DNA of 60,492 nucleotides from an uncultured Burkholderiales bacterium (GTDB lineage Bacteria; Pseudomonadota; Gammaproteobacteria; Burkholderiales; REEB80). Below the pieces are notes generated by a model. That model saw only the letters and a program-made list of their open reading frames with translations. It searched no databases and had not been told where the DNA came from. The position numbers and the translations under genes are program-made. The stretch lies in contig CAYYOS010000001.1 in assembly GCA_964473355.1 (NCBI GenBank), forward strand, positions 1 through 60,492. The letters run 5' to 3'. This document shows, in pieces, positions 40,011-49,325 of this stretch (positions within the stretch are counted from its first letter, which is position 1; every line of letters begins with the position of its first letter).

Positions 40011-41936
40011 ATGCATAAGCTTTCTTTTTTGTTCTCGTGGCTCGCGATGCTTATCCTAGCCACGACCGGCCTGGCCCATGGCGCCTCATCCCTAGACTAC
40101 ACGGATCGCATTATTATCAGGTTCAAGAGCGAGGCCACGAAAAGTGCTAACCCCGCCATGATGAAAGCTGCCAAAGTAGCTCAAACTAAGGCCCTAAGCA
40201 CAAAAACAGGTATCCCGCTTGCCCACTTCCGCAGCATGTCGCTGCAGGCGGACGTGCTTAAGCTGTCCACGCGCATGCCGCTGGATGAGGTGGCGCGTCT
40301 CACCAAAAAATTAGCCGCGAGTCCGGACGTGGCCTACGCCATACCTGATTCCATCAAGCGGGTAGCGCTACGCCCCAACGACCCACTTTATAACCAGCAA
40401 TGGCACTATCACCCCAGCACCATCGAGCGCGGCAGTGCCAACGTCGAGCCGGCCTGGGATATCACGCAAGGCTCCCCGGATTTGGTTATCGCCGTGGTGG
40501 ACACGGGGGTGCTACCTCATGCGGACTTTGCCGGGAGACTGCTGCCGGGCTATGATTTTATTTCTGAAGTCGCCCGCGCCAATGACGGGGATAACGTTGG
40601 GCGCGACAACGACGCCAACGATGCCGGCGATTGGGTGAGCGCGGCTGAATCTAACGATTTTTTTGGTCCTTTCTATCTTTGTGGCGAATCCGAGAGCTCC
40701 TGGCATGGCACCCACGTGGCGGGCACCATCGCAGCCAATACCAACAATGCGCTGGGTGTAGCGGGTATAAATTGGAACGCTAAAATTCTCCCAGTACGCG
40801 TGTTGGGTAAATGCGGGGGGTATGACTCGGACGTTGTGGATGGCATGCGCTGGGCTGCAGGCCTAGAAGTCGCGGGTGTGCCAAACAATCCAACGCCAGC
40901 TAGGGTAGTGAATCTAAGCTTAGGCGGCTTTGGCGACTGCCATGTCGTTTATCAACAAGCCATTAATGAGGTTGTTGCTTCCGGCGCCGTGGTGGTGTTG
41001 GCGGCCGGCAACGAGGCTGCCGATGCTTCATTCTTTAGCCCGGGCAATTGCAGCAACGGCATTACCGTGCACGCCAATGATAGGAATGGCGCGCCCGCTT
41101 TTTATTCCAATTTCGGTACGGTAGTGGAGATTAGCGCCCCCGGCGGCGATACCGAGTTCCCGGGTGGAGGGGTCTTGTCCACCCTGGACAGTGGCACCAC
41201 GGTGGCAGTTAACGACAGCTCTTATAAAGAATATCAGGGCACCAGCATGGCCGCCCCGCACGTGGCTGGGGTTGTGTCACTCATGCTGTCGGTTAATCCT
41301 GCGCTGACGCCACCCGAGGTCCTAGAAATCCTGCAGGCCACATCACGACCCTTCTCGGCGGACGTCGTGCCCTATTACTGCACGATAGGTCAGTGCGGGG
41401 CGGGCATCGTCGATGCGGTTAAGGCGGTATCGGCCGCAAAAGCGCGCGGCAAATCAACCACCACTGTGGTGGAATTTTATAATTCAATGTTAAAGCACTA
41501 TTTCCTCACCGCGCATGCCAACGAGGCCACGGGGATAGATTTAGGCTTAGCCGGCCCTGGCTGGAGCCGCACCGGATTAAGTTTCAACGCTTGGCTTACT
41601 GCGGAAGCCGCACCTGCCAATGCAGTTGAGGTTTGTCGTTTTTATGGCTCGCCGGGCTTGGGGCCAAACTCGCATTTTTATACCGTGGCGGGCGAGGAGT
41701 GCGAGGGTATTAAACGCGCTCAAGGGTGGATATGGGAGCAGGGAAACAAGTTCTATATTATTCCTTCCTCAGCCGGTGCTTGCCCTAGCGGCACCCTGCC
41801 GGTGTATCGCACGTATAACAACCGTTATATTTTTAATGATTCCAATCACCGCTATACCACTAGTTTGCCCGTCTATAACAGTATGATTGCCAGCGGTTGG
41901 ATAGGTGAGGGCGTGGTGATGTGTGCCCCTAATTAA
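40011..41936 (+). CDS. secreted S8 (subtilisin-like) serine peptidase with C-terminal repeat module
   Basis: Signal peptide (LATTGLAHG|A). Catalytic triad contexts VAVVDTGV, HGTHVAGTIA and GTSMAAPHVAG. The C-terminus has three FYN/FYG/TYN...H(F/R)YT aromatic repeats. Confidence 0.85.
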   Translation: MHKLSFLFSWLAMLILATTGLAHGASSLDYTDRIIIRFKSEATKSANPAMMKAAKVAQTKALSTKTGIPLAHFRSMSLQADVLKLSTRMPLDEVARLTKKLAASPDVAYAIPDSIKRVALRPNDPLYNQQWHYHPSTIERGSANVEPAWDITQGSPDLVIAVVDTGVLPHADFAGRLLPGYDFISEVARANDGDNVGRDNDANDAGDWVSAAESNDFFGPFYLCGESESSWHGTHVAGTIAANTNNALGVAGINWNAKILPVRVLGKCGGYDSDVVDGMRWAAGLEVAGVPNNPTPARVVNLSLGGFGDCHVVYQQAINEVVASGAVVVLAAGNEAADASFFSPGNCSNGITVHANDRNGAPAFYSNFGTVVEISAPGGDTEFPGGGVLSTLDSGTTVAVNDSSYKEYQGTSMAAPHVAGVVSLMLSVNPALTPPEVLEILQATSRPFSADVVPYYCTIGQCGAGIVDAVKAVSAAKARGKSTTTVVEFYNSMLKHYFLTAHANEATGIDLGLAGPGWSRTGLSFNAWLTAEAAPANAVEVCRFYGSPGLGPNSHFYTVAGEECEGIKRAQGWIWEQGNKFYIIPSSAGACPSGTLPVYRTYNNRYIFNDSNHRYTTSLPVYNSMIASGWIGEGVVMCAPN

Positions 41937-41940
41937 GAAC

Positions 41941-42105
41941 AAGGCAAAAGGCACAAATCAAAAATTAAAAGGCAAAATTGAAAACACGCCCTAGCCTCAT
42001 TTTGAACAAGGCAAGACACGAACGCCAGTCGTTTCAATACATGCTTCGCCGCTTCGGGAGGCCCTTATTTTTGCCTTTTAATTTTTGATTTGTGCCTTTT
42101 GCCTT
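41941..42105. repeat. 165-bp element bounded by a perfect 37-bp inverted repeat
   Basis: aaggcaaaaggcacaaatcaaaaattaaaaggcaaaa (41941-41977) is the exact reverse complement of 42069-42105. The spacer is 91 bp and has further partial self-complementarity. Confidence 0.85.
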
Positions 42106-42221
42106 TTCCCCCAGATTGACCGCCGCCCGACTATCATTTACAGTGCCGGATTCAAAATGCAATCTTTTAAATTTTTACGCTTAATCTTCACGAGACAAGC
42201 CTTACTTACAGAGCAGGGATA

Positions 42222-42542
42222 ATGAAAAATATTTTTCTAGCAGGATTAATAACTTATTTCGTATCAGGGGCAGGTGTAGCCCACGCCGTAGGCGATCCGG
42301 TGGTGGGCCAGCAAAAAACTTCGATGTGCGCCGGCTGCCACGGCATATCCGGGTATCGCACCGCTTATCCGCGTGTCTACAGCGTGCCAAAACTTGGTGG
42401 GCAACATGCGCAATACATCGTGCAGGCCTTGCAGGCATACAAAAACGGTGCGCGTAATCACGCTACCATGACTGCCATCGCCACCACGCTCACGGATCAA
42501 GACATGGCAGATTTAGCCGCCTATTACGCTCAGACCAAATAA
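42222..42542 (+). CDS. monohaem class I c-type cytochrome (c4/c552-like)
   Basis: 106 aa. Signal peptide, CAGCHG haem motif and a distal Met region. Confidence 0.8.
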   Translation: MKNIFLAGLITYFVSGAGVAHAVGDPVVGQQKTSMCAGCHGISGYRTAYPRVYSVPKLGGQHAQYIVQALQAYKNGARNHATMTAIATTLTDQDMADLAAYYAQTK

Positions 42543-42561
42543 TTTTCAAGGAAAAACACGA

Positions 42562-42888
42562 ATGAACAAGTACGCAATGGTATTCGCGACTTTAACGCTG
42601 CTTGCAACCCAAGTGCCTACCGCGGCTGGGGCAAATATTGCCGAAGGTAAGCGTAAGTCGGCCAACTGCCAGGCCTGTCATGGCGTCGACGGCAATAGCC
42701 CAAGTGCGGAATTTCCTAAACTTGCCGGACAACATGCTGACTACCTAAAGATGGCGCTGATGGACTATAAATCGGGTGTGCGAAAAAATCCTATTATGAG
42801 CGGCTTCGCTGCCCCTTTGTCGGAACAAGATATGGCGGATTTAGCCGCGTATTTCGCGTCACAAAACGGACTTAAACTTAAGTACTAG
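42562..42888 (+). CDS. monohaem class I c-type cytochrome (c4/c552-like)
   Basis: 108 aa. Signal peptide and CQACHG haem motif. Paralogous to the preceding gene (both end ...DMADLAAYY/F). Confidence 0.8.
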   Translation: MNKYAMVFATLTLLATQVPTAAGANIAEGKRKSANCQACHGVDGNSPSAEFPKLAGQHADYLKMALMDYKSGVRKNPIMSGFAAPLSEQDMADLAAYFASQNGLKLKY

Positions 42889-43309
42889 TTCGTTTCGCAA
42901 GGCAGTCCAAATAGAGCTTTGCATCGAAATCTTTTTGCGTGCGTTGGCCGTGCCAAATCATTTCGGCCATGCATTCCAGCATGGCATGTTCGGTATCATG
43001 CGAATCACCCAACTTTTTAAGTAGTTTTTTATAATAGGTTTTAATTCCGCGGGGTTGGTCAATCGCCAGCTGCTCGCGGATAGCCAAATGCATACTTAAA
43101 TGCAGAAATGGGTTAGCTTCGCCGAGTTGGGCCGAGTATTCACGTTCCAAATAGCGCTCCGGCTGATCCAGTATCGCTTGATATTCGGGATGCAATAAAA
43201 TAATATCCAGAGCTTTGTCTTCCAATGGGGTCAACACTTCAGTGGCTTGGTGTTTCCTCCAGGCATCGAAAAAAAACTGCCGGGCTTCGCTTCTACTAGG
43301 GTTAAACAT
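42878..43309 (-). CDS. DUF1841-like protein
   Basis: 143 aa. The MFNPSRSEARQFFFDAWRKH...LHPEYQAIL pattern recalls DUF1841. Confidence 0.5.
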   Translation of the reverse strand: MFNPSRSEARQFFFDAWRKHQATEVLTPLEDKALDIILLHPEYQAILDQPERYLEREYSAQLGEANPFLHLSMHLAIREQLAIDQPRGIKTYYKKLLKKLGDSHDTEHAMLECMAEMIWHGQRTQKDFDAKLYLDCLAKRTST

Positions 43310-43400
43310 CAGTGTTCCAAGACGGCGAGAATAGGTTTGATCCTCGCAGCGGCATTAAATTCTGTGGCTGCCTCATTTAAATGCTCACTCTCCTTCACCG

Positions 43401-44489
43401 TCATGTCGTGTTAAATAATGCCAATACCGCTGCATACTGAAACAACTGGTTGACGCCATTGGCGGGCGCTATTTCCCCGTTTCCATAAAAGCCAATTAAA
43501 GGCATGCGTGGAAACCGCTGCTTGACCAATTCTAGATCGCGGTCCACGCCCCCATAAAAATAAGGGCCACGCCCCATGCAAGGAAAACAAATGCCAAAAT
43601 CCGCTGTTCTCGGCAAACCTTCTTGCAATTTATCTACCATTAAGCGCATATCGTGTTCGGCCGCCAGCGGCTGACGTATGGCCCAAAATATCCGTTCACC
43701 GGGGGTTAAGCGCGCAGAAAGGGTCACCGATCGGTCTTCGGCGTTTGCCGAGATGATTTGTGCCAAACGAAAACGGCCCTGGGGGATCGCGTCCGCTGCG
43801 TCGCCATAAGTAATACCTGCCATCAATAAATGCAAAGGGATGTGATCTAATTCACGTACTTCTAACGGCAAATCTCGCGCCAGCAAATTCAGGGCCGGTT
43901 GCTGTACTAAGGTCTGCACATCAAAGCCCGCGACTTGGGTAATTTCCAGGGGTGCGCTCAAAGGGCGTATGCCCTGCGAGACACCTAGTTTTCCTTCCGC
44001 TCCCGAAAAGCCCGCCTCGGTACGGCCGTTGCTACTTACTTTGCCATTGGCCCACACCTTAAACGGCCCGTAACCAGTGGCGTCCCCCGAGACCGCACCA
44101 AACCGTAATCCCGGCGCGCTAATCCAAGCGGAATTTAGCGCATTGGGAGCGGCCAAGCTTAAGCGTAAATTTTCGGGGCCATTCGGCGCAAGGGTGGAAA
44201 GGGACACATCACCACCAAATACCATCGCAGCGGCAGCCGGCGCATCTAGAACCCAATCTTCCTCGGTAAAAATTCCCGGTGCCGTGCAACCTAATATCTG
44301 CGTGCAACTCGCCGCCTTGGAGGCGGCCAGTAGGGCTTCTTGTGGCTCGCGCGCAAATTCTGGCGTTAAGAATAACAACACGCTATTGGCAATGGAAAGT
44401 CCGGATTTTTCCATCGCCGCACGCACGGCGTTTTTGGCTAAATCTGGGTGGGCCTGGCGGTCAATGGCCAAGCCGCTTGCAACGCTCAT
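43401..44489 (-). CDS. FIST-domain (FIST_N/FIST_C) sensory protein
   Basis: 362 aa. Layout and motifs (ILGCTAPGIF, GFYGNGEI) resemble FIST domain proteins. Confidence 0.55.
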   Translation of the reverse strand: MSVASGLAIDRQAHPDLAKNAVRAAMEKSGLSIANSVLLFLTPEFAREPQEALLAASKAASCTQILGCTAPGIFTEEDWVLDAPAAAAMVFGGDVSLSTLAPNGPENLRLSLAAPNALNSAWISAPGLRFGAVSGDATGYGPFKVWANGKVSSNGRTEAGFSGAEGKLGVSQGIRPLSAPLEITQVAGFDVQTLVQQPALNLLARDLPLEVRELDHIPLHLLMAGITYGDAADAIPQGRFRLAQIISANAEDRSVTLSARLTPGERIFWAIRQPLAAEHDMRLMVDKLQEGLPRTADFGICFPCMGRGPYFYGGVDRDLELVKQRFPRMPLIGFYGNGEIAPANGVNQLFQYAAVLALFNTT

Positions 44490-45121
44490 TCTAAAATTTT
44501 CGCCGGATATTCACATAAATCATTAATCAAACACGCCCAACATTTTGGCCGCCGCGCGACACAAACGTAACGGCCATGCAGGATCAGCCAATGATGCGCG
44601 TTTTCGAGAAATTCCATGGGAATAAATTTTAACAGTTTTTGTTCCACTTCCAACACCGTTTCGCCGGGGGCGATGCGCGTGCGGTTAGCCACTCTAAAAA
44701 CATGGGTATCAACCGCGATAGTCGGCATATGGAACGCCGTGTTCAAAATTACATTGGCAGTTTTCCGACCAACACCGGGAAGTTTTTCAAGCGCCTCTCG
44801 GTCCGCAGGAATTTTGCCCTGGTGTTCGTTTAGTAAAATCCTGCAAGTTTCAATAATGTTGCGCGCCTTGCCCCGAAACAGACCTATAGTTTTGATGTAA
44901 GTTTCTAGCCCCAGCACCCCTAATGCCAGAATAGCCTCAGGGGTGTTGGCGGCTTTAAAAAGCTTAGCGGTAGCGAGGTTGACCCCTTTGTCGGTAGCTT
45001 GCGCCGACAAGATAACCGCCACTAACAACTCAAACGGCGTTTGGTAATTTAATTCGGTTGTGGGGTGAGGGTTAGCGCGGGCGAAGCGAGAAAATATCTC
45101 GCTTCGTTTTTTAGCATTCAC
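44486..45121 (-). CDS. nth: endonuclease III
   Basis: 211 aa. HhH-GPD motif LPGVGRKTANV, catalytic-region VDTHV and C-terminal CX6CX2CX5C Fe-S cluster. Confidence 0.9.
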   Translation of the reverse strand: MNAKKRSEIFSRFARANPHPTTELNYQTPFELLVAVILSAQATDKGVNLATAKLFKAANTPEAILALGVLGLETYIKTIGLFRGKARNIIETCRILLNEHQGKIPADREALEKLPGVGRKTANVILNTAFHMPTIAVDTHVFRVANRTRIAPGETVLEVEQKLLKFIPMEFLENAHHWLILHGRYVCVARRPKCWACLINDLCEYPAKILE

Positions 45122-45124
45122 AAG

Positions 45125-45541
45125 TTAGGTATGCCGAAAATAACCTATTTCGGGCACAGGTTGTCTGGGGGCGGTCTTAGCTTCTCCCTCTAGTTTTTTC
45201 AGCATTTCATGGTGATCATGTTCCAATATTTTCAATTGCGCTTCACTCATTTTTGGCATGATGATGGATTTAATAAATTCGCCGAGATCGATCATGGTGG
45301 TGCACCACATATATTTATGCAAATGAAAATCATGCAATGCATGCTGACCATATGGAAAATGCACGAAGTCATGTCCGCGCGTAAATTTTAAATCCGCGTC
45401 CTGCTCTACGTAATTTTTAGCGAGCTCAAACCACCAACGATAATATTTTTCCTGCAAATCCAAACTGAGCCCATGTTTTTCATAAAAAGCAAATACGCTG
45501 ACTCGATTGGCCTTGCCGCTAAAAGGATAATGCCCCGCCAT
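45125..45541 (-). CDS. hypothetical His-rich protein
   Basis: Start set to the ATG at 45541, preceded by AAGGAA. No family recognised. Wedged between an rnfB-like gene and nth. Confidence 0.4.
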   Translation of the reverse strand: MAGHYPFSGKANRVSVFAFYEKHGLSLDLQEKYYRWWFELAKNYVEQDADLKFTRGHDFVHFPYGQHALHDFHLHKYMWCTTMIDLGEFIKSIIMPKMSEAQLKILEHDHHEMLKKLEGEAKTAPRQPVPEIGYFRHT

Positions 45542-45585
45542 AAGATTTCCTTGAAAACAAATAGTAAAACTCAACGTTAATGAAG

Positions 45586-46170
45586 TTAAGCCCCAATTCC
45601 CAGTTCCTTGCGAGTGGCTTCAAGGCGAAGAAGCGCAGCGGCGCGCCGATTCTTAGCCATCAAATCCGCCTTTTCTAGTCGCGCTTTGCGCGCTTGATAA
45701 CGCGCCCGAGCCACAGCGGCCGCAGTTTGTTGACGTTGTGTCAGCCATGAGTCGTTGTACCTAACCCTCGCCTCTACGAGCCGGATACAATCCGTAGGGC
45801 AGGGCGCAATACACAATTCGCAGCCTGTGCACTCCCAATCGATGACGCTATGCATCTGATTTTTAGCGCCGATGATGGCATCCACTGGGCAAGCCTTAAT
45901 GCAAAGCGCACAGCCTATGCAGTTTTCTTCATCGATCAGCGCCAGCATTTTTGGCTTATGCAATCCGTGCTTGGAATTTAACGGTAGCACAGGTTTTTGC
46001 AGTAGCCTTGCGAGTAGTTTAATGCCGGCATCACCCCCTGGCGGACATTGATTGATCTCGGCCGCTCCGGCGGCCAAGGCTTCGGCGTAAGGATAACACG
46101 CGTCATAGCCGCATTGCCCGCATTGGGTTTGCGGTAAAATTGCATCGATTTTTTCGGTTAACGTTTGCAT
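45586..46170 (-). CDS. RnfB/RsxB-like Fe-S protein (ferredoxin domain)
   Basis: [20 protein letters not shown]...CPPGG N-terminal Fe-S motif plus two CxxCxxCxxxCP 4Fe-4S motifs. Confidence 0.75.
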   Translation of the reverse strand: MQTLTEKIDAILPQTQCGQCGYDACYPYAEALAAGAAEINQCPPGGDAGIKLLARLLQKPVLPLNSKHGLHKPKMLALIDEENCIGCALCIKACPVDAIIGAKNQMHSVIDWECTGCELCIAPCPTDCIRLVEARVRYNDSWLTQRQQTAAAVARARYQARKARLEKADLMAKNRRAAALLRLEATRKELGIGA

Positions 46171-46173
46171 CGG

Positions 46174-47277
46174 TTAAATCTTTAGAGCGTGAAAGGGGTA
46201 ACCCAAATCTTCCGCAATGCCGCTGTGCGTAACTTCCCCCAGATAAACATTCACCCCGTCGCGCAATCCCGCATCTTGTGTCAGCGCTTTTTTACAGCCT
46301 AAATTAGCAAGTTCCAAAACATAAGGCAGCGTTGCGGCGCAAAGAGCTTCAGTTGCAGTGCGAGATGTCGCAGCAGGCATGTTGGTCACGCAATAGTGTA
46401 CAACGCCTTCGGCCGTATATATAGGATCAGCATGCGTAGTGGGGCGGGAAGTCTCAGCGCAGCCGCCTTGATCGATGGCGACATCCACTAACGCCGCACC
46501 CGGTTTCATGCTGCGTATCATTTCCCTGCTTAATAATTTCGGCGCGCGCCTGCCGGGGAGTAGTACCGCCCCGATTAGTAGATCAGTCTCCGGCAGCAAT
46601 TCCGCCAAAGCCTGTGGCGTGGAATAGCGCGTCTTAATCCGGCCACCGTATAAATCATCGAATTGCCGCAAGCGAAAAGCGTCGCGGTCTAGTATTGTTA
46701 CGTCACTACCCATGCCGGTGGCTATTTTAGCGGCATGCGTACCGACCGTGCCGCCGCCGATAATTAGAACCTTGCCCGGAGCCACGCCCGGCACACCGCC
46801 GAGCAACACGCCGTTACCGCCGTTGGCCATTTGCAGCGCCCAGGCACCGGCTTGCACCGCCAGTCGGCCGGCAATTTCTGACATGGGAATCAACAAAGGA
46901 TATAGCCCGCGCTTATCGGTCACGCCTTCATAGGCGATGCCGATAACTTTGGCCGCGACCAAGTGGCGGGTTAATTCCGGCTCCGCAGCCATATGCAAGT
47001 AGCTGAATACCACCAAACCTTCGCGTAGGTGCGGCCACTCTTGCGCTTGTGGTTCCTTTACTTTGACTACCATGTCCGCGGCGTAGGTTGCCGCGGCATC
47101 AGGTACGATTTTCGCACCCGCCCTAATGTAAGCAGCATCAGTTAAGCCAACGCGTAAGCCCGCATCTTTTTCTATTAGCACTTCGTGGCCGGCGCTAACC
47201 AGGGCAGCTGCACCCGCAGGTGTCAAGCCAACACGATACTCGTGATTTTTAACTTCTTTAGGAACGCCTACGCGCAT
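46174..47277 (-). CDS. ald: alanine dehydrogenase
   Basis: MRVGVPKEVKNHEYRVGLTP N-terminus and the GGGTVG NAD-binding motif. Confidence 0.9.
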   Translation of the reverse strand: MRVGVPKEVKNHEYRVGLTPAGAAALVSAGHEVLIEKDAGLRVGLTDAAYIRAGAKIVPDAAATYAADMVVKVKEPQAQEWPHLREGLVVFSYLHMAAEPELTRHLVAAKVIGIAYEGVTDKRGLYPLLIPMSEIAGRLAVQAGAWALQMANGGNGVLLGGVPGVAPGKVLIIGGGTVGTHAAKIATGMGSDVTILDRDAFRLRQFDDLYGGRIKTRYSTPQALAELLPETDLLIGAVLLPGRRAPKLLSREMIRSMKPGAALVDVAIDQGGCAETSRPTTHADPIYTAEGVVHYCVTNMPAATSRTATEALCAATLPYVLELANLGCKKALTQDAGLRDGVNVYLGEVTHSGIAEDLGYPFHALKI

Positions 47278-47338
47278 TCAATCTCCTTCATCATTAAACC
47301 CGCCATTATGTGACTGCGAATCTTCTACTGCATTTTTC

Positions 47339-49093
47339 TTATTGTCTGGCCGAAAAACCTTTCCAAATTAACCAAGCCAACAGCGCTATCATGGCAATCA
47401 GGGCCAACCCAGGCATAACTTTGACCCTAACAAAAGGCATAAAGCGGCGACTCAGCCAGGAGTTGCGCAAGCGCCACGCCAAGTCGAGCAAGAACGACTC
47501 GAATGCGCCAAACTTCACCTGTGCCTGTTGGCGATGATTTTCAAAAACGTAACGCCAGCTGGCGTTACTGACATTGCAAATGCGTCTGTCCAGCCGCTTA
47601 GTAACAGCGACCAGCACGCCGAAAATCACGGCAAAAAGGAACAGCCACCGCGGGTCTGAGCGCAGGCCTTCCAGCGCACCATTAAAGATGTCCGGCAACA
47701 GCCATCCGAGTCCCGCGAAAATCCAGCCTACTATATACAACTCGCCGCTACGCGCTGGCGCGGGCTGCGAATCGAGAAGGTAAAGGACGTAGAGCCCGAA
47801 GCCAGTGGTAGTCAGCGTTAGAATATACAACCAGCGCTTAATCCAAACGAGATCCCAGATTTTACCCAAGAGCTTCGCACGATTGGGATCTAAGCTGCGT
47901 TCGGCCGCATAAGAATTAATAAGGCTAGCTTCAAACCCGGTGGCATCGTTTTCATCTGCCTTTTCCAATATAAAGTCGTCCGGAAGATTGAAGGGCGCGT
48001 AACCCTCCGTGGCACGCTGTATGCGATCAAATACGCTGACGTGAATCTTCGCCTGGGCGATGCCATGCTCTCGGCAAATTTTTTTGATGTCGCGCGGCAG
48101 GTAACGATAGTAGGCGGCTAAGCCGGCGCGGGAATCATACAGTTTGCTATGGATATCCGCCTCGCACTGGTACCCATCCCACATCTCGCGAACAAATTCT
48201 ACGCCCAGATTTTTGGCTTTCGCCATCATCCAGTTCAGGGGCACCAACGCCATCTCATTTTTGGGATAGCCGCCACCAACATTGGCATGCCCGCCGGCGA
48301 ACCACACCTGCTCGATTGTCTGCGCCGTCAAGGGTCGGCTTTGGTCCCATAACACGGGGTGAAAGGTCTGGCGCTGATCGTCAATGGACAAGGCGTGGCA
48401 GCCGTGTTGAACCAGCCTGTGCAGGGTCTTATCGAATATCGCAACCCGCTTAAAAAGATCCAGACCCTCGCGTAACTCATCAAACGGCACGCCTACCGCG
48501 TTGACCGTGTCCCAGACGCCGATGAATTTGATCGGGATATCGGGTATGACGTGTTCTTGCTGGCGAAATTTTTTGGTCTCCGCCGGCTCTTCCGCTGGCT
48601 TCGTGGCCTTGTTCACACTATATTGCGCTTGGTCTTCAGGTGAGCCGCTGTGGGGCTTAGGCTGACGGGTACCGCGCTCAAAGCACTTAACGAAGGCGTC
48701 ATAGGCCTCGTCGATGCGCGTGTCCAGCTCCTGCTCGGAAGCACATTTTGTTCGGTCGACGAGCCCGCTACGGCAAAGCATGCCCGCAACCATGCGTACC
48801 GTGTGCGCACCGCGGCTAAAACCGAAAAAGAAAATATCGTCGCCGGGTTCGTACTGAACGACAATGAATTTGTAGAGGCGTTTAATGTTTCGCTTCAGCC
48901 CCCACCCAAAGGCCCCGCCCAATAATTTAAACAACACGAAGGACCGGGTGCCGACGCCATCGTCGTAAAAGCTAACCTGCGCGCGGGAGTGATGAAGATC
49001 AATGGCTTTATACAGCCGCCAGACATTCGTCCCAAAACCTTTGCCGCCACTATTCCCCGTCCCGTCCGAACACAATATGATATTTTTTGACAT
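47339..49093 (-). CDS. DUF2235 (Tle1-like alpha/beta-hydrolase) protein with C-terminal four-helix membrane anchor
   Basis: Start set to the ATG at 49093 (AGGGAGG RBS). ILCSDGTGNSG, FFFGFSRGAHTVR, GVWDTV and AGGHANVGGGY blocks. The C-terminal ~170 aa contains four hydrophobic helices. Confidence 0.75.
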   Translation of the reverse strand: MSKNIILCSDGTGNSGGKGFGTNVWRLYKAIDLHHSRAQVSFYDDGVGTRSFVLFKLLGGAFGWGLKRNIKRLYKFIVVQYEPGDDIFFFGFSRGAHTVRMVAGMLCRSGLVDRTKCASEQELDTRIDEAYDAFVKCFERGTRQPKPHSGSPEDQAQYSVNKATKPAEEPAETKKFRQQEHVIPDIPIKFIGVWDTVNAVGVPFDELREGLDLFKRVAIFDKTLHRLVQHGCHALSIDDQRQTFHPVLWDQSRPLTAQTIEQVWFAGGHANVGGGYPKNEMALVPLNWMMAKAKNLGVEFVREMWDGYQCEADIHSKLYDSRAGLAAYYRYLPRDIKKICREHGIAQAKIHVSVFDRIQRATEGYAPFNLPDDFILEKADENDATGFEASLINSYAAERSLDPNRAKLLGKIWDLVWIKRWLYILTLTTTGFGLYVLYLLDSQPAPARSGELYIVGWIFAGLGWLLPDIFNGALEGLRSDPRWLFLFAVIFGVLVAVTKRLDRRICNVSNASWRYVFENHRQQAQVKFGAFESFLLDLAWRLRNSWLSRRFMPFVRVKVMPGLALIAMIALLAWLIWKGFSARQ

Positions 49094-49165
49094 TGGCTGT
49101 CCTCCCTTTTCGGCGTCTTTTACGGAGTCGCCTACAAGCGTTACTATTCTAGAGTTACCCCGGCT

Positions 49166-49192
49166 CGTCATTCGCTCGAGAGGCGGGAATCC
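49166..49192. repeat. REP-like palindromic repeat copy
   Basis: cgtcattcgctcgagaggcgggaatcc. A further degenerate half-copy (attccagcgagaatcacgg) lies near 49261-49279. Confidence 0.5.
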
Positions 49193-49325
49193 GGGGCCAC
49201 CCGCTTGACGCCTAGGAACGGATATCAGCCTTCCTAGTTCGTGAGTTACTAAGTCTCACCATTCCAGCGAGAATCACGGTCACTGCGTATCCCAAGAATG
49301 CGCAAGGCCTCACCGCTCTCGATGA

